A stretch of DNA of 64,000 bases from an uncultured beta proteobacterium (GCA_963703375.1 CAVPEF010000003.1:5762-69761); one strand, 5' to 3'. Shown: positions 11,078 to 22,422, counted from the first letter of the stretch. Notes: generated by a model not told the origin, from the letters alone. Made by a program: numbers and translations.

Positions 11078-14000
11078 GGTTTGAGCAATTCGGCCAGGTC
11101 ATCCTCGGAAAAAAGCGGTGCCTGGCGCCCCGCTTGCCCGCTGTAGAGGCTGCCGGCCAACTGCGCCTTGCGCTCCTGCAACGCCAGGATGCGCTCTTCG
11201 ATCGTGCCCTGCGCCACCAGCTTGAGCACCCACACGCTGTGCGTCTGGCCGATGCGGTGGGCACGGTCGGTGGCCTGCTGCTCGACGGCGGGGTTCCACC
11301 ACGGGTCGTAGTGGATCACGGTGTCGGCCTGCGGCAGGTTGAGGCCGACGCCGCCGGCCTTCAAGCTGATGAGGAACAGCGGCACTTCGCCGCTCGTGAA
11401 GCGCTCGATGAGCGCGTCGCGCTTCTGGCTCTGGCCCGTGAGCTTGACCCAGGGCAGCTTGCGCTTTTTGAGCTCGGCCTCGATCAGCGTGAGCATGCTG
11501 GTGAACTGCGAGAACAGCAGAATGCGCCGCCCTTCGGCCAGCATCTCGGGCAGCAGCTCCATCAACTGCTCCAGCTTGGCCGAGGTCTTCACCTGTTTCG
11601 CGGCGTTCAGCGGCACCAGTTGCGGATCGCAGCAGACTTGGCGCAGCTTCAGCAGCGCATCGAGGACGGTGATCTGCGATTTGGCCAGGCCTTTGCTTGC
11701 CAGCGCCTCGCGCACGGTTTTCTCCATCCCCAGGCGAATGGTTTCGTACAGGTCGGCCTGCGCGCCCGAGAGTTCGACGCGCATCACGGTTTCGACCTTG
11801 GGCGGCAGCTCGCTCGCGACCAGCGCCTTGGTGCGGCGCAGCATGAAGGGCGTGACGCGGGCGCGCAGCTGCGCCAGGCGCTCGGTGTCACCGAGCTTTT
11901 CAATCGGCGTGCGAAACAGCTCGCCAAAGCGCTTCTGGCTGCCGAGGAACCCCGGCATCAGGAAATGGAACAGGCTCCAGATCTCGCCCAGGTGGTTTTC
12001 CATCGGCGTGCCCGACAGGCACAGGCGGTGCTGCGCCTGCAGCTGGCCTGCCACCTGCGCGGCGTGCGTGCTGGCGTTCTTGATGTTTTGCGCCTCGTCG
12101 AGCACGACGAGGTGCCACTGCGCCGCCAGCCAGCGCTCGCGGTCGCGCTGCAAGAGCGAATACGGCGCGATCACGATGTCGTGCGCGGCCATCGACTCGG
12201 CCACGGCGTGGCGCTCCTTGCCGTGCAGCACGAGGCTGCGCAACTGCGGGCAAAAGCGCGCAGCCTCGCGCTGCCAGTTGCCCATCAGGCTCACGGGCGC
12301 AATGATGAGCGCGGGGCACGCCAGGCGCCCGGCATCTTTCTCGACCTGGATGTGGGCCAGCGTCTGCAGTGTCTTGCCCAGGCCCATGTCGTCGGCCAGG
12401 ATGCCGCCCAGGCCATGGGCGCGCAAGAACTGCAGCCAGTTCAGGCCCTGGCGCTGGTACGGGCGCAGCTCGGCCTGCACGCTGGCGGGCACCGGCACCT
12501 CGGGCAATGCGGCCTGCCCTTTGAGCTGCTGGACCATCGCGTGCAGCGCGGCTGCGCCCTGCCACACCGCGCCCTCGCCCAGCGCGGCGCTGGCGCGCAG
12601 CGCGTCCAGGCGCGAGAGCCTGAGGCTGTCGCCGGCGAAATCGTGCGCCCGCTCGCCCACCAGGTCGAGCAGCGCGGCCATCCAGGGCTGCAGCACGTCG
12701 GTGGGCAGGCGCACAAAGCCTTCGCGGCCCGGCGCGGGCAGATAGACGAAAGGGCGGCAGCGCCGGCAGCCCGGTGACCGCGTCGGGCGGGCTGCGCCGC
12801 AGCCGCGGCAATCAGCTCGGGCAGCCACGGACAGGATGTTGTGGCGCTGGCCGTGGATCTCGATGCCGAGCGACAGGTCGAACCAGGGCGAACGTCTCTG
12901 CGCATCGGCTGCGGCGCCGCCGGCCGGCTGCAGCTGCACGTCGAGCACCTCGGCCTGCGTGATCCAGCCCTCGAGCGCGGCGTCCAGCGTGAGCGGCAAA
13001 ACCGGCGCTGCGCAGTTCGCCTCGAAACCGTTGTCGGCCCAGTGCATCCAGGCGTGCTGGGGGTCGCCCCCGGGAATGCCGAACAGCGCCGCCTTCGGTG
13101 CCCTGCAGCCCCAGGCCCCGCAGGCGGTCGATGGCGTCCAGTTCGGCCTGGCCATCGCGCTGCAGCAGTACGCGCCCGGCGGGGCCGTCCACCAGCAACG
13201 ACAGCGGCTGGTCCGAGCCACCAGCCCACGCAGCCCTGGTAGTCAAAGCGCAGCTGCGCCGTGATGCAGGCCGACGGTCCGGCACATCACTGGCCGGCGT
13301 GGGCGACAGATGCAGGCGCGCCACGGGCGCAATGCCCGTGAGCCGCGCGACGTCGTGCAGCACCGGCGGCAAGGGCACGCGGCCCAGGCGCTGCAGCAAA
13401 CCGGCCTGGTGCCTGTGCAGCGCCGACGAGGTGAAGTGGCGGCGCCTGCAGCAGCACCCCCAACTGCGCGCGCGCGATGCCGTCGGCCTGCACCGGGCCG
13501 CACAGGCCGCGCGCCACGTCGAGGTACAAGGGCGGGCTGTTGTGGCACAGCGTGGCCGTGGTCCCGGGCAGGCTGGCGCGCAGCGTCCCAGGTACTCTCG
13601 CGGCCGGGTGCGTTGGCGGGCTCTTCGCTGCCAATGCCAGGCCAGCGCCAGCGCCTGCGCCCCATTGCAGCGGCGCGCCCACGGTGGCGCCCCCCGCGTC
13701 GGCAAACAGGCGCCCGGTGCCGGCCGCCTGCTGCAGCGCCTGCAGACCCACCGCGCCCTCGACCACGGCGCAAGGCGCGGCGTTGTAGGCCGAGTAATAA
13801 GGCGCCTGCGACAGGCTCAGTGCACGCAGCAGCTGCAGCACCTGGCGGTCGGCGTCGCTGGCGCGGTCGTATGGCCGCCTGGCCCTTGCCGGGCGGGGTG
13901 CGAATGCGCTTGGGCTTGGCCCAGCCGCCCGCGGCCTTGGGGCGCGAGAGCACGGCTTCGAGCTGCAGCTGCGGCGCGCTGCGCGGCGCACCGACGGCCG

Positions 14001-14518
14001 ACCAGCAGGTACAGGTACTGAGCGGGCCGTTCTTCGGCAGCGCCACGGCGCGCGCCCGGCAGCGCGCGCGGTCGCCGGGTCGCAGGCCTGGTCGAGGGCG
14101 TCGAGCCAGCGCAGCAGAGGTGCCTCGGCTTCCAGCCGCTCGACCTCGGCGGTGCGCGCCTGCAGCGTCTGGCGCAGCTCGGCGGCGGACATTTGCGCGA
14201 AGCCCTGCCAGCCCGTCCTCCGCCGCGTGCGCGAGCAAGGCCACGCCGTGCTTGCACTGGCTGCCCCACCGGACAGCTGCAGTCGCTGTCGAAACCGTCC
14301 ACCGTGCCGTCGTCCCGCAGAGCCAGTTCGATGGACACGCTGTAGGGATGGCGCTGCGTGTCCTGCACCCGGCCTTGCAGCAGCCACAGGTCGCGCAGCG
14401 CGTCCACGTCCACCTCCAGCACCTGGCCGCTGCGCTGCAGCGCCAGGCCGCGCTGCCAGACGCCGCTGTCGCACAGCGGCTGCAGCGAGGACAGGTGAAA
14501 CCAGGGCGTGTCTTGCAT
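11065..14518 (-). CDS. SNF2-family helicase/ATPase with N-terminal SWIM zinc finger (several apparent frameshifts in the 5' half)
   Basis: LRPYQ, GILADDMGLGKTLQ, VLDEAQNIKN, LSGTPMEN, SLKAGGVGLNL, DPWWNP, QATDRAHRIGQ. N-terminal DCSCPVG..CKH is split by a frameshift near 14255. Confidence 0.85.
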
Positions 14519-14521
14519 GAA

Positions 14522-14582
14522 ACTCAGTGAAAAATGCCTCTGGCCCCCATGGGAAAAGCGCAAGTAGCTATCAAAAAGGAGT
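14522..14582 (-). repeat. Palindromic repeat copy 4
   Basis: Minus strand ACTCCTTTTTGATAGCTACTTGCGCTTTTCCCATGGGGGCCAGAGGCATTTTTCACTGAG. Confidence 0.7.
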
Positions 14583-14633
14583 GATTCGGTTGCTGTCAGC
14601 CTGCGGCCCATACGGGCCGCGCGTGGCGCTGGC

Positions 14634-15025
14634 TCAATGCGCTGGGCGGCGCGCACGCGCTCGAACACGGCCTGGGCCGGTGCCGACACGGCGGCCCGGG
14701 GCGGCGGCGCGTCCTGCAGGCTGGTCAGCAGGCGCGCCAGCACGGGGGCCTGGGGCAGCAGCGGCCCGAGAAAGCGCGCGTGCTGGCCGTCGGCGATCAG
14801 CAGCGTGGGAAAGGTTTCCACGTCGAGGTCGCCCGCCACGTCCTCTTCGTCTTCCACGTCCACCCACACGAAGCGCGCCCCAGGGTGGGCCTGCGCGAGC
14901 GTGTCGAACAGCGCGCGGTAGTCGCGGCAGACGCCGCACCAGTTGGCGCACAGGCACACCACCCACCACGCGGCGGACGGGGTGGCGGGGGAATCGGCAG
15001 CGGATGCCGGCAAAGGGTGGTTCAT
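14634..15025 (-). CDS. Thioredoxin-family protein (3' end affected by a frameshift)
   Basis: VVCLCANWCGVCRDY, FVWVDVED, VETFPTLL. Confidence 0.8.
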
Positions 15026-15039
15026 GGCAGGTGACAGGC

Positions 15040-16348
15040 TCAGGGGCCGCGCCGCTCTCGGACGCGATAGACGTCGATGGTAGCGACACCGGACGCCTGG
15101 TTGCCCCAGGACTGGCGCACGAACGAGGCGACGGCGGCCACATCGTCGTCGCGCAGCGCCTGCATGAACGGCGGCATGCCGTGCGGACGCGGGTTGCCCG
15201 CCGTGGCCGGCAGGTAGCCGCCCTGCAGCACCACGCGCAGCACATTGGTCGGATCGGCCAGCGTCACCGCGCGGTTGCCGGCCAGCGCCGGGAAGGCGCC
15301 CGGCTTGCCCTGGCCGCTGTCGCCGTGGCACTGGGCGCACTGCTGCCCGTAGACCTTGGCGCCGCGCTCGAGCACGGCGGCCGGCGCGGCCGGCGCAGCC
15401 ACGGCCACGCTCTCTTGCTGCGGCAGCGCCTGCAGGTACACCGCCATGGCGCGGGCGTCGGCATCGGTCAGGTACTGCGTGCTGTTGAACACCACCTCGG
15501 CCATGGGCCCGAGGGCCGAGCCGTGCGGCGCCACGCCGGTTTTGAGCAGCGCGACCACGTCTTCGAGCGGCCACTGCGCCACGCCGGCCTCGGCGGCGGC
15601 GTTGAGCGCGGGCGCATACCAGTTCTGCACCGGGATCAGGCCGCCGCCAAAGGCCCGCGCCTCGCTGCTGGCGCCCAGGGCGTTGCGCGGCGTGTGGCAG
15701 GCGGCGCAGTGGCCCAGGCCGTTGACCAGGTAGGCGCCGCGGTTCCAGTCGAGCGACTGGGCCGGGTCGGACGCGGGCTCCTGCACCGCCGTGCCCGGCG
15801 TGAAGAACAGCGCCCGCCAGCCCGCCAGCGCCGCCTGGGTGTTGTACGGAAAGCGCAGCGCGTGCGGGCGATTGGCTTGCGCGACGGCCGGCAGGCTCTG
15901 CAGGTAGGCATAGATGGCATCGGAATCGGCCCGCGTGACCTGCGTGTAATTGGGGTACGGAAACGCCGGGTACAGCAGGCGCCCGTCCTTCGAGCGGCCG
16001 TTGTGCAGGGCACGCCAGAACTCGGCCGGCGACCAGCTGCCGATGCCGGTGGCGGCGTCGGGCGTGAGGTTCGAGGTGTGCACCACGCCAAACGGCGTAT
16101 CGATGCCGCGCCCACCCGCATAGGGCGCCCCGCCCTGCGTGGTGTGGCAGCCCATGCAGTTGCCGACGCGCGCCAGGTATGCGCCGCGCGCCACCAGTTC
16201 AGGTGTGGCCTGAAACGCCTGCGTGCTCGAATGGCTGCGGCGCGGCCGGCAAGGCGTCTTCACCGCGCAGGTTCAGCGACACCACGGTGGCCACGGCCAC
16301 CACCAGCAGGGCCGCGAGCGCGGCCAGGGTCCAGAACGCGCGCTTCAC
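15040..16348 (-). CDS. Membrane-anchored tri-haem cytochrome c (frameshift ~16225)
   Basis: Three CXXCH motifs (CMGCH, CAACH, CAQCH), TSNLTPD, LYPAFPY; N-terminal TM in an adjacent frame; GTGA overlap with the upstream gene. Confidence 0.85.
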
Positions 16349-17109
16349 CGTGCCACCTCCGCCACAGCGCCGTCGACGCCGCCGCAGCGCACCGGCAGTG
16401 GCGCCGGCAAGGCGGCGGCCGGCTTGCCGGCGCGGGGCACGGGCTGGGCGGCCAGCCAGGCCGAGACGGCACTGACGTCGTCGGGCGTGAGCTTTTGCGC
16501 GATCTGCGCCATGCAGTCGGGGGCCTGGGCGTGGCGCTGGCCGGTTTTCCAGGCGCCCAGCTGGCTGTTGAGGTAGTCGCGCGGCAGGCCCAGCAGACCC
16601 GGGATGAACGGGTTCACGCCCGTCATGGCCTGGCCGTGGCACTGCACGCAGGCCGGAATCTGGCGCGCCTCGTCGCCCTGCTGCACCAGCAGGCGACCGC
16701 GCTCGAGCGCGGCCGGCGGCGCCTGGGGCGCGGGCGGCGGGGCATAGGGCACCTCGAGCGCGGCGAAGTAGCCCGCGATCTCCTGCAGGTAGGCGTCCGT
16801 CAGGTGCTCGATCAGGTAGGTCATTTGCGGGTAGCTGCGCCGACCGTCGCGAAAGTTGAGCAGCTGGTGGTAGAGGTAACCCGCCGGCTTGCCCGCGATG
16901 CGCGGGAAGTAGCCCTCGGGCGTGGCGCGGCCCTCTTTGCCGTGGCAGGCGGTGCAGGCCAGCACGCGCGTGGACATCGCATCGGGCCTCTCAACGGTGG
17001 CCGGGGCGGACGGCGCGGCCGCAGGGGCGGCCAACGCGCCGCCGCACAAGGCGGAGATCAATAGCAGCGGCAGGGAACGGCGCAGCGGAGTGCGCAGGAA
17101 AGCAATCAT
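16345..17109 (-). CDS. Di-haem cytochrome c4/c553
   Basis: Signal peptide, CTACH and CVQCH, PRIAGKPAGYL. Confidence 0.88.
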   Translation of the reverse strand: MIAFLRTPLRRSLPLLLISALCGGALAAPAAAPSAPATVERPDAMSTRVLACTACHGKEGRATPEGYFPRIAGKPAGYLYHQLLNFRDGRRSYPQMTYLIEHLTDAYLQEIAGYFAALEVPYAPPPAPQAPPAALERGRLLVQQGDEARQIPACVQCHGQAMTGVNPFIPGLLGLPRDYLNSQLGAWKTGQRHAQAPDCMAQIAQKLTPDDVSAVSAWLAAQPVPRAGKPAAALPAPLPVRCGGVDGAVAEVAR

Positions 17110-17245
17110 GGGTGGTTTACGGCAGGCGTGGCAACACGCAGACTCTACGCGCGCCACAGAAACAGTACAGATCCAGATTTCGCTAAAAAATACAGATCAG
17201 ATTGTCGCAGCCCCCATGCTTGCCACACCGTGGGCGCGGCGGGGC

Positions 17246-17308
17246 TTTGCAGAATTGATAGCTATCAGCGCTTATTCCATAAGCGCTGGAGGCCGATTTC
17301 ACTCCAAA
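17246..17308 (+). repeat. Palindromic repeat copy 5
   Basis: AATTGATAGCTATCAGCGCTTATTCCATAAGCGCTGGAGGCCGATTTCACTCCAAA; core hairpin CAGCGCTTAT/ATAAGCGCTG. Confidence 0.85.
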
Positions 17309-17342
17309 AGCAGGCCCTGCTCGCCCACCCTGCCGAGGACAC

Positions 17343-18346
17343 TTACTCGGCCACGATGCCCGCGGCCTGGATGACCTTGCCCCACTTCTGCGATCTCGGC
17401 CGCCTGGAACTTGGCGAGCTCCTCGGGCGTGGTGGTCCAGGCTTCGGACCCGGCCATGTCGAAGAACGACTTGGCGGCGGCGCTCTGCGTGGCACGGGCC
17501 ATGAGCTCGTTCAGCCGCGCCACCACGGGCGCGGGTGTGCCGGCCGGCGCGTAGGCCGCGAACCAGTAGCCCATGTCGTAGCCCTTCACGCCCGCTTCGT
17601 CGATGGTCGGCACATCGGGCAACTGCGCGCTGCGCTTGTGCGTGGAATAGCCCAGCGCGCGCAGCTTGCCGGCTTTGATCTGCGGCACGCCGGTCGACGT
17701 GTCGGTGATCATCAGGTCGATCTGGCCGCCCAGCAGGTCGGTGATCGGCGAGCGGGTTGCTCTTGTAGGGCACGTGCAGGATGTCCACGCCCGCGAGCTG
17801 CTTGAGCATTTCGCCGGCCACGCGGCTCGACGAGCTGCCGCTGCCGAAGCTGAGCTTGCCGGGGTTCTTCTTGGCCGCGGCCACCAGCTCGCCCACGCTC
17901 TTGTAGGGCGCGGCGGCGTTCACCACCAGCACCTGGCCGCCCTTGCCCAGGCCCGAGATCGGCGCGAAGTCCTTCACCGGGTCGTAGGGCAGCTTCTTGT
18001 ACAGGTGCTCGTTGGCCGCGTGCGTGGTGTTGGTGGTGATGAGCACGGTGTAGCCGTCGGCCGGGGCCTTGGCCACGGCCTGCGCGGCGATCATGCCGCT
18101 GGCGCCGGCCTTGTTGTCGATCACCACGGGCTGCTTGGTTTCGGCGCTGACGGCCTGGCCGATGGCGCGCGCGAGCTGGTCGGTGGCGCTGCCGGCGGCA
18201 AAGGGCACGACGAAGGTGATGGCCTTGGCCGGGTACGCTGGCGCCTGCGCGGCGGCGATTCCGGGCAGCGCCAGGCCCAGGGCGGTGGCGGCGAGAGAGG
18301 TGGCCAGGGCCAGCGCGCGGCGGCGGGATGTGAAGTGGGGGCTCAT
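17343..18346 (-). CDS. Bug/TctC tripartite tricarboxylate transporter substrate-binding protein (frameshifts ~17745 and ~17390)
   Basis: YPAKAITFVVPFAAGSATD, NKAGASG, PADGYT, LPYDPVKDF, HVPYKS, LPDVPTIDE. Confidence 0.88.
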
Positions 18347-18390
18347 GTTGTCTCCTGTATTTCTAGGGTTGGGGAAAAAGTGGCGGTGAT

Positions 18391-18752
18391 TCAGGGCGGG
18401 CCGGCCAGGTGCTGCGCCAGCGCGGCCGGCACCTCGACGGCAGGTCCAGCAGCAGGAACGAGAGCGCCTTGCCGTGGCTGTCGAGGTTGAGCGCGTCGTT
18501 GACGCCGCCATCGAGCACGTCGTCGAGCACGAAGTTCATCGCGTGCAGGTTCGGCAGCAGGTAGCGCGCCACGCGGCTGGGCTGGCGCAGCGCGAACTGC
18601 CGCGCCACGGCAGCTTCGGTGACCTGCGCGACCAGCACGTCCCACAGCGCGGGATGCCAGGCGATCACGCTGATGTTCGAGCGGTTGCCCTTGTCGCCGG
18701 TGCGGCCGTGGGCCAGGCGGTACAGGGGCACGGTCAGGGTCGGTGCGTTCAT
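18391..18752 (-). CDS. Small AtuA-like C-terminal (ferredoxin-like) domain protein (frameshift near 3' end)
   Basis: LAHGRTGDKGNRSNISV, RYLLPNLHAMNFVL, LDSHGKAL. Confidence 0.8.
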
Positions 18753-18771
18753 GGTCGGTTCCTTCTCGCGC

Positions 18772-20121
18772 TCAGTCCAGCATGTCGTAGCCGGTGGCAA
18801 CGGCGCCGCGCGGCACCAGGCACGACACCGTGCCCAGGCGCGGGCGCATGGCGGTGCGCACGCCGCCGCCGCCGGCCGGGCCGCAGCAGTACAGCGCCGT
18901 GACTTCGCGCACCAGGCGCTGGGCGCTGGCGTGGTCGCGGTGCTGCAGCGCCACGCGCAGGCGCACATCGCGGGCATCGCCCGCCGGCGCATCGAGCCAG
19001 CGCCCGGCGTCGTCGCCGAACACGCTGGTCACGCCGATCAGATCGGTGCGCAGCGGGCCCAGGCCCTGCAGGCGCTCGCGCAGCACTTCGCCGGCCAGCC
19101 GGGCGCGGGCTTCGGCGCGCGCGCCGGCGTAGGAAATCTCGCCCTCGGCAAACCAGCCGGTTTCAGAGCACACATTCACCTTCAACGTGGCCGGGCGCGC
19201 GTGGCCGCGCACGCCTTCGAGGCGCACCTGGTCGGGCCCCACGCAGCGCACGCGCGCCTGCGTGATGTCGGCCACCACGTCGGGCGTCAGGTAGGCGGCG
19301 GGGTCGTGCAGTTCGTACAGCAGCTGCTCTTTCACCGTGCGCTCGTCGATGCGCCCGCCGGTGCCCGCTGGCTTGCTGAGGGTGCAGTCGCCGTTGGCAT
19401 CGATCTCGGCGAGCGGATAGCCGAGCCGGGCCAGGCCCGGCACGTCCTTGTAGCCCGGGTCGGCAAAGTAGCCGCCCGTGACCTGGGCGCCGCATTCGAG
19501 CAGGTGGCCCGCCATGGTGGCGCGCGCCAGGCGGTCGCAGTCGTCCAGCGGCCAGTCGAAGTGCGCGAGCGCCGGGCCCAGCACCAGCGCCGGGTCGGCC
19601 ACGCGGCCGCAGACGACGATGTCGGCGCCGGCGCGCAGCGCATCCGCGATGGCCTCGGCGCCGATGTAGGCGTTGGCGCTCACGATGGGGTCGGTGGGCA
19701 TGGCGCTGCCCAGGGCCTCCTGCAGCAGCGCGCGGTGCTGCGGCCCGCTCAGGTCGTCGCCGTGGACCACGGCGATGCGCGGGCGGCGCGTGCCCAGCTC
19801 GCGCGCCAGTTGCAGGATGCGCCGCGCCGCGCCCAGCGGGTTTGCCGCGCCAAAGTTGCTGACGATGCGCACGCCGTGCTGCAGGCACTGCGCCAGCACC
19901 GGGCGCAGCAGGTCTGCCAGCAGCGGCTCGTAGCCGGCGTCGGGGTCGGCGCGGCGCGCCAGCTGGGCCAGCGCCAGCGTGCGCTCGGCCAGCGTCTCGA
20001 AAATCAGCACGGCCGGCTGGCCGCTGTCGATCAACGCCTGCACCACCGGTGCGGCGGCGTCGGTGCGGTCGCCGGAAAATCCGGCCGCGCAGCCGATCAG
20101 CAAGTTGTGGGGGTTCGCCAT
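18772..20121 (-). CDS. Acyclic terpene utilisation AtuA family (DUF1446) protein
   Basis: IGCAAGFSGDR, FETLAERT, ANAYIGA, GRVADP, GHLLECGAQVTGG, EQLLYE, YLTPDV. Confidence 0.88.
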   Translation of the reverse strand: MANPHNLLIGCAAGFSGDRTDAAAPVVQALIDSGQPAVLIFETLAERTLALAQLARRADPDAGYEPLLADLLRPVLAQCLQHGVRIVSNFGAANPLGAARRILQLARELGTRRPRIAVVHGDDLSGPQHRALLQEALGSAMPTDPIVSANAYIGAEAIADALRAGADIVVCGRVADPALVLGPALAHFDWPLDDCDRLARATMAGHLLECGAQVTGGYFADPGYKDVPGLARLGYPLAEIDANGDCTLSKPAGTGGRIDERTVKEQLLYELHDPAAYLTPDVVADITQARVRCVGPDQVRLEGVRGHARPATLKVNVCSETGWFAEGEISYAGARAEARARLAGEVLRERLQGLGPLRTDLIGVTSVFGDDAGRWLDAPAGDARDVRLRVALQHRDHASAQRLVREVTALYCCGPAGGGGVRTAMRPRLGTVSCLVPRGAVATGYDMLD

Positions 20122-20167
20122 AAGGTCTCCTGCCACCAATGTAGGTGCACCGGCGTTATTCTGTGAA

Positions 20168-20187
20168 ATTGATTGTTGCAGATCAAT
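20168..20187. promoter_or_regulatory. Putative LysR binding site in the divergent promoter
   Basis: Inverted repeat ATTGAT-N8-ATCAAT containing T-N11-A, between divergent AtuA-family and LysR genes. Confidence 0.45.
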
Positions 20188-20202
20188 CCATCTGAAATTC
20201 AA

Positions 20203-21087
20203 ATGAATATTTCTTCCCGGCAGGTCGACGCGTTTCTCGCGCTGGCCGAACAGCGCAGCTTCACGCGCGCGGCCGTGCAGTGCCACCTGTCGCAGCCGGC
20301 CTTCAGCGCCCTCATCCGCGCGCTCGAAGACGGCCTGGGCCTGCGCCTGTTCGACCGCAGCACGCGCCATGTGGCACTGACGGGCGAAGGAGAGAACTTT
20401 CTGGAGGCGGCGCGCCGCATCCGCGCCGAAATCGACAGCGCGCTGGCCCGCATGCGCGACGCCGCCACGCTGCAGCGCGGGCGCGTGGCGATCGCGCTGC
20501 TGCCCTCGCTCGCTGCGGGCTGGCTGCCCGGCGTGCTGGCCGGCTACCACGCGGCGCACCCGGGCGTCGAACTGGAGATTGCCGATGTGCTGTCCGAGCG
20601 CTGCATCGAGCTGGTGGCCACCGGCAAGGCCGACTTTGCCCTGGCCGCGATCCGCGCCGACACGCCCGAACTGCAGGCCGAGCCGTTCTGCGCCGACGAC
20701 TTTCACCTGGTCTGCCGCGCCGACCACCCGCTGCTGCGGCAACGCACGCTGGCCCCTGCCGACCTGGCCGCATGGCCGTTCATCCACCTGGCGCGCACCA
20801 GCAGCGTGCGCCAGTACCTGGAGGCCGCGTTCCACCCGCAGGCCATGCACACGCTGATGGAGGTCGAGCAGCTCGCCACCGTGATGGGCATGGTGCGCGC
20901 GGGCCTGGGCATCAGCGTGGTGCCGGCGCTCACGCTGTTCCACTTCGGGCAGCCCGGCCTGGTGACGCGGCCGCTGGCGCTGCCCGGGCTCACGCGGCAG
21001 ATCTACCTGGTGCGCCGGCGCGACCGCAGCCTGTCGGTGGCGGCGCAGGCGCTGGTCGCCCGGATGGTGGAGCTGCGGCCCGACTGA
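20203..21087 (+). CDS. LysR-type transcriptional regulator
   Basis: SFTRAA..HLSQPAFSALIRALEDGLGLRLFDRSTRHVALT; VRAGLGISVVP. Confidence 0.95.
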   Translation: MNISSRQVDAFLALAEQRSFTRAAVQCHLSQPAFSALIRALEDGLGLRLFDRSTRHVALTGEGENFLEAARRIRAEIDSALARMRDAATLQRGRVAIALLPSLAAGWLPGVLAGYHAAHPGVELEIADVLSERCIELVATGKADFALAAIRADTPELQAEPFCADDFHLVCRADHPLLRQRTLAPADLAAWPFIHLARTSSVRQYLEAAFHPQAMHTLMEVEQLATVMGMVRAGLGISVVPALTLFHFGQPGLVTRPLALPGLTRQIYLVRRRDRSLSVAAQALVARMVELRPD

Positions 21088-21097
21088 CCGGCCGACT

Positions 21098-22099
21098 TCA
21101 ACGGCGCGCGGCGGCGTCGGGCGCGGCCTGCGCCGGTGGCACCGGCTGCGGCGACAGCGCCGCCGGCGCGTGGTCCAGGTCGGGCCGGCGCCACGGGTCG
21201 ACGTGGGTCATGACATCGAGCACGCGGTGGCGCTGCAGCACGCGCGCGCGGGCTTGCACGGCAATCGCGTGGCCGGCCTCCACGCTCAGCGTGGCGTCGA
21301 CTTCGAGGTGCACATCGACCACCACCATGTCGCCCATCTTGCGCGTGCGCACGTCGTGCACGCCGCGCACGCCGGGCGTCTCGCGCAGCGTCTGGCCGAT
21401 GGCCTGCACTTCGCTCGCGTCCACGGCGCTGTCCATCAGGTCGTGCAGCGCGCTCCAGCCGAACTGCCAGCCGGTGCGCGCCACCATCAGCCCCACGATC
21501 AGCGCCGCGATGGTGTCCAGGATGGTGTAGCCCGCGAGGTTGCCCGCAATGCCGATGGCCACCACCAGCGACGAGGCGGCGTCGGCGCGCGCATGCCATG
21601 CGTTGGCCACCAGCATGCTCGACTTGACGCGCTTGGCGACCCGCAGCATGTAGCGGAACAGCAGCTCCTTGAGCACCAGCGTGGCCAGGGCCACCCACAG
21701 CGCCGCCACATGCACCTGCTGCAATGCGGCCGGGTTCTGCACCTTCAGCACCGCCGACCAGACCATGCCCACGCCCACGCCCAGCAACAGCAGACCGAGC
21801 ATCAGCGAAGCGGCGGTCTCAAAGCGCTGGTGGCCGTAGGGATGGCCTTCGTCGGGGTCCTTGTGCGCGTGGTGGTTGGCAAACAGCACGACAAAATCGG
21901 CCACCAGGTCGGACAGCGAATGCAGGCCGTCGGCGATCAGCGCCTGCGATTTGGCCAGCACCCCCACGGCGATCTGCAGCGCAGACAGCACCAGGTTGAC
22001 GCCCACGCTGACCCAGGTGCTGCGCGCCGCGGCGGCCGCGCGCGCTTCGGGCGTGTGCCGGGTGTCCGGGGAGCTTTCGGAGAATGGTGGGGGCGTCAT
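21098..22099 (-). CDS. Cation diffusion facilitator (CDF) metal efflux transporter
   Basis: SQALIADGLHSLSD, HPYGHQRFE, ANAWHARAD, VHDVRTRKMG, DVMTHVDP. Confidence 0.93.
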   Translation of the reverse strand: MTPPPFSESSPDTRHTPEARAAAAARSTWVSVGVNLVLSALQIAVGVLAKSQALIADGLHSLSDLVADFVVLFANHHAHKDPDEGHPYGHQRFETAASLMLGLLLLGVGVGMVWSAVLKVQNPAALQQVHVAALWVALATLVLKELLFRYMLRVAKRVKSSMLVANAWHARADAASSLVVAIGIAGNLAGYTILDTIAALIVGLMVARTGWQFGWSALHDLMDSAVDASEVQAIGQTLRETPGVRGVHDVRTRKMGDMVVVDVHLEVDATLSVEAGHAIAVQARARVLQRHRVLDVMTHVDPWRRPDLDHAPAALSPQPVPPAQAAPDAAARR

Positions 22100-22231
22100 G
22101 GCAAACGGGGGCAGTTCGGGGGTGGCGGCCAGGGCGCAGGCCACCAACGGCGAGCTTACCCCGCGCCACGCCAGGGCGGGCAGCGGCGAGGACTGGCATG
22201 CGGGCGGGACGCCGGCCTGGCGCCACCGAAC

Positions 22232-22292
22232 ACTACGCTATTGATAGCTGCAAGCGCTTGATGGATAAGCGCTGGCGGCCCATTTGGCTCCA
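22232..22292 (+). repeat. Palindromic repeat copy 6
   Basis: TATTGATAGCTGCAAGCGCTTGATGGATAAGCGCTGGCGGCCCATTTGGCTCCA. Confidence 0.85.
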
Positions 22293-22422
22293 CACTGCGT
22301 CGTCCCATTGCCGCTGCCACCGATCGCGTCGGCCACGCCAGCACGGCGCACGCGCGTGGCCGGCCGGCCGCGCGGGCCCGAGCCGGCGTACAGTGGCCCC
22401 ACCGCTGCCAAGGAGAGAGACC

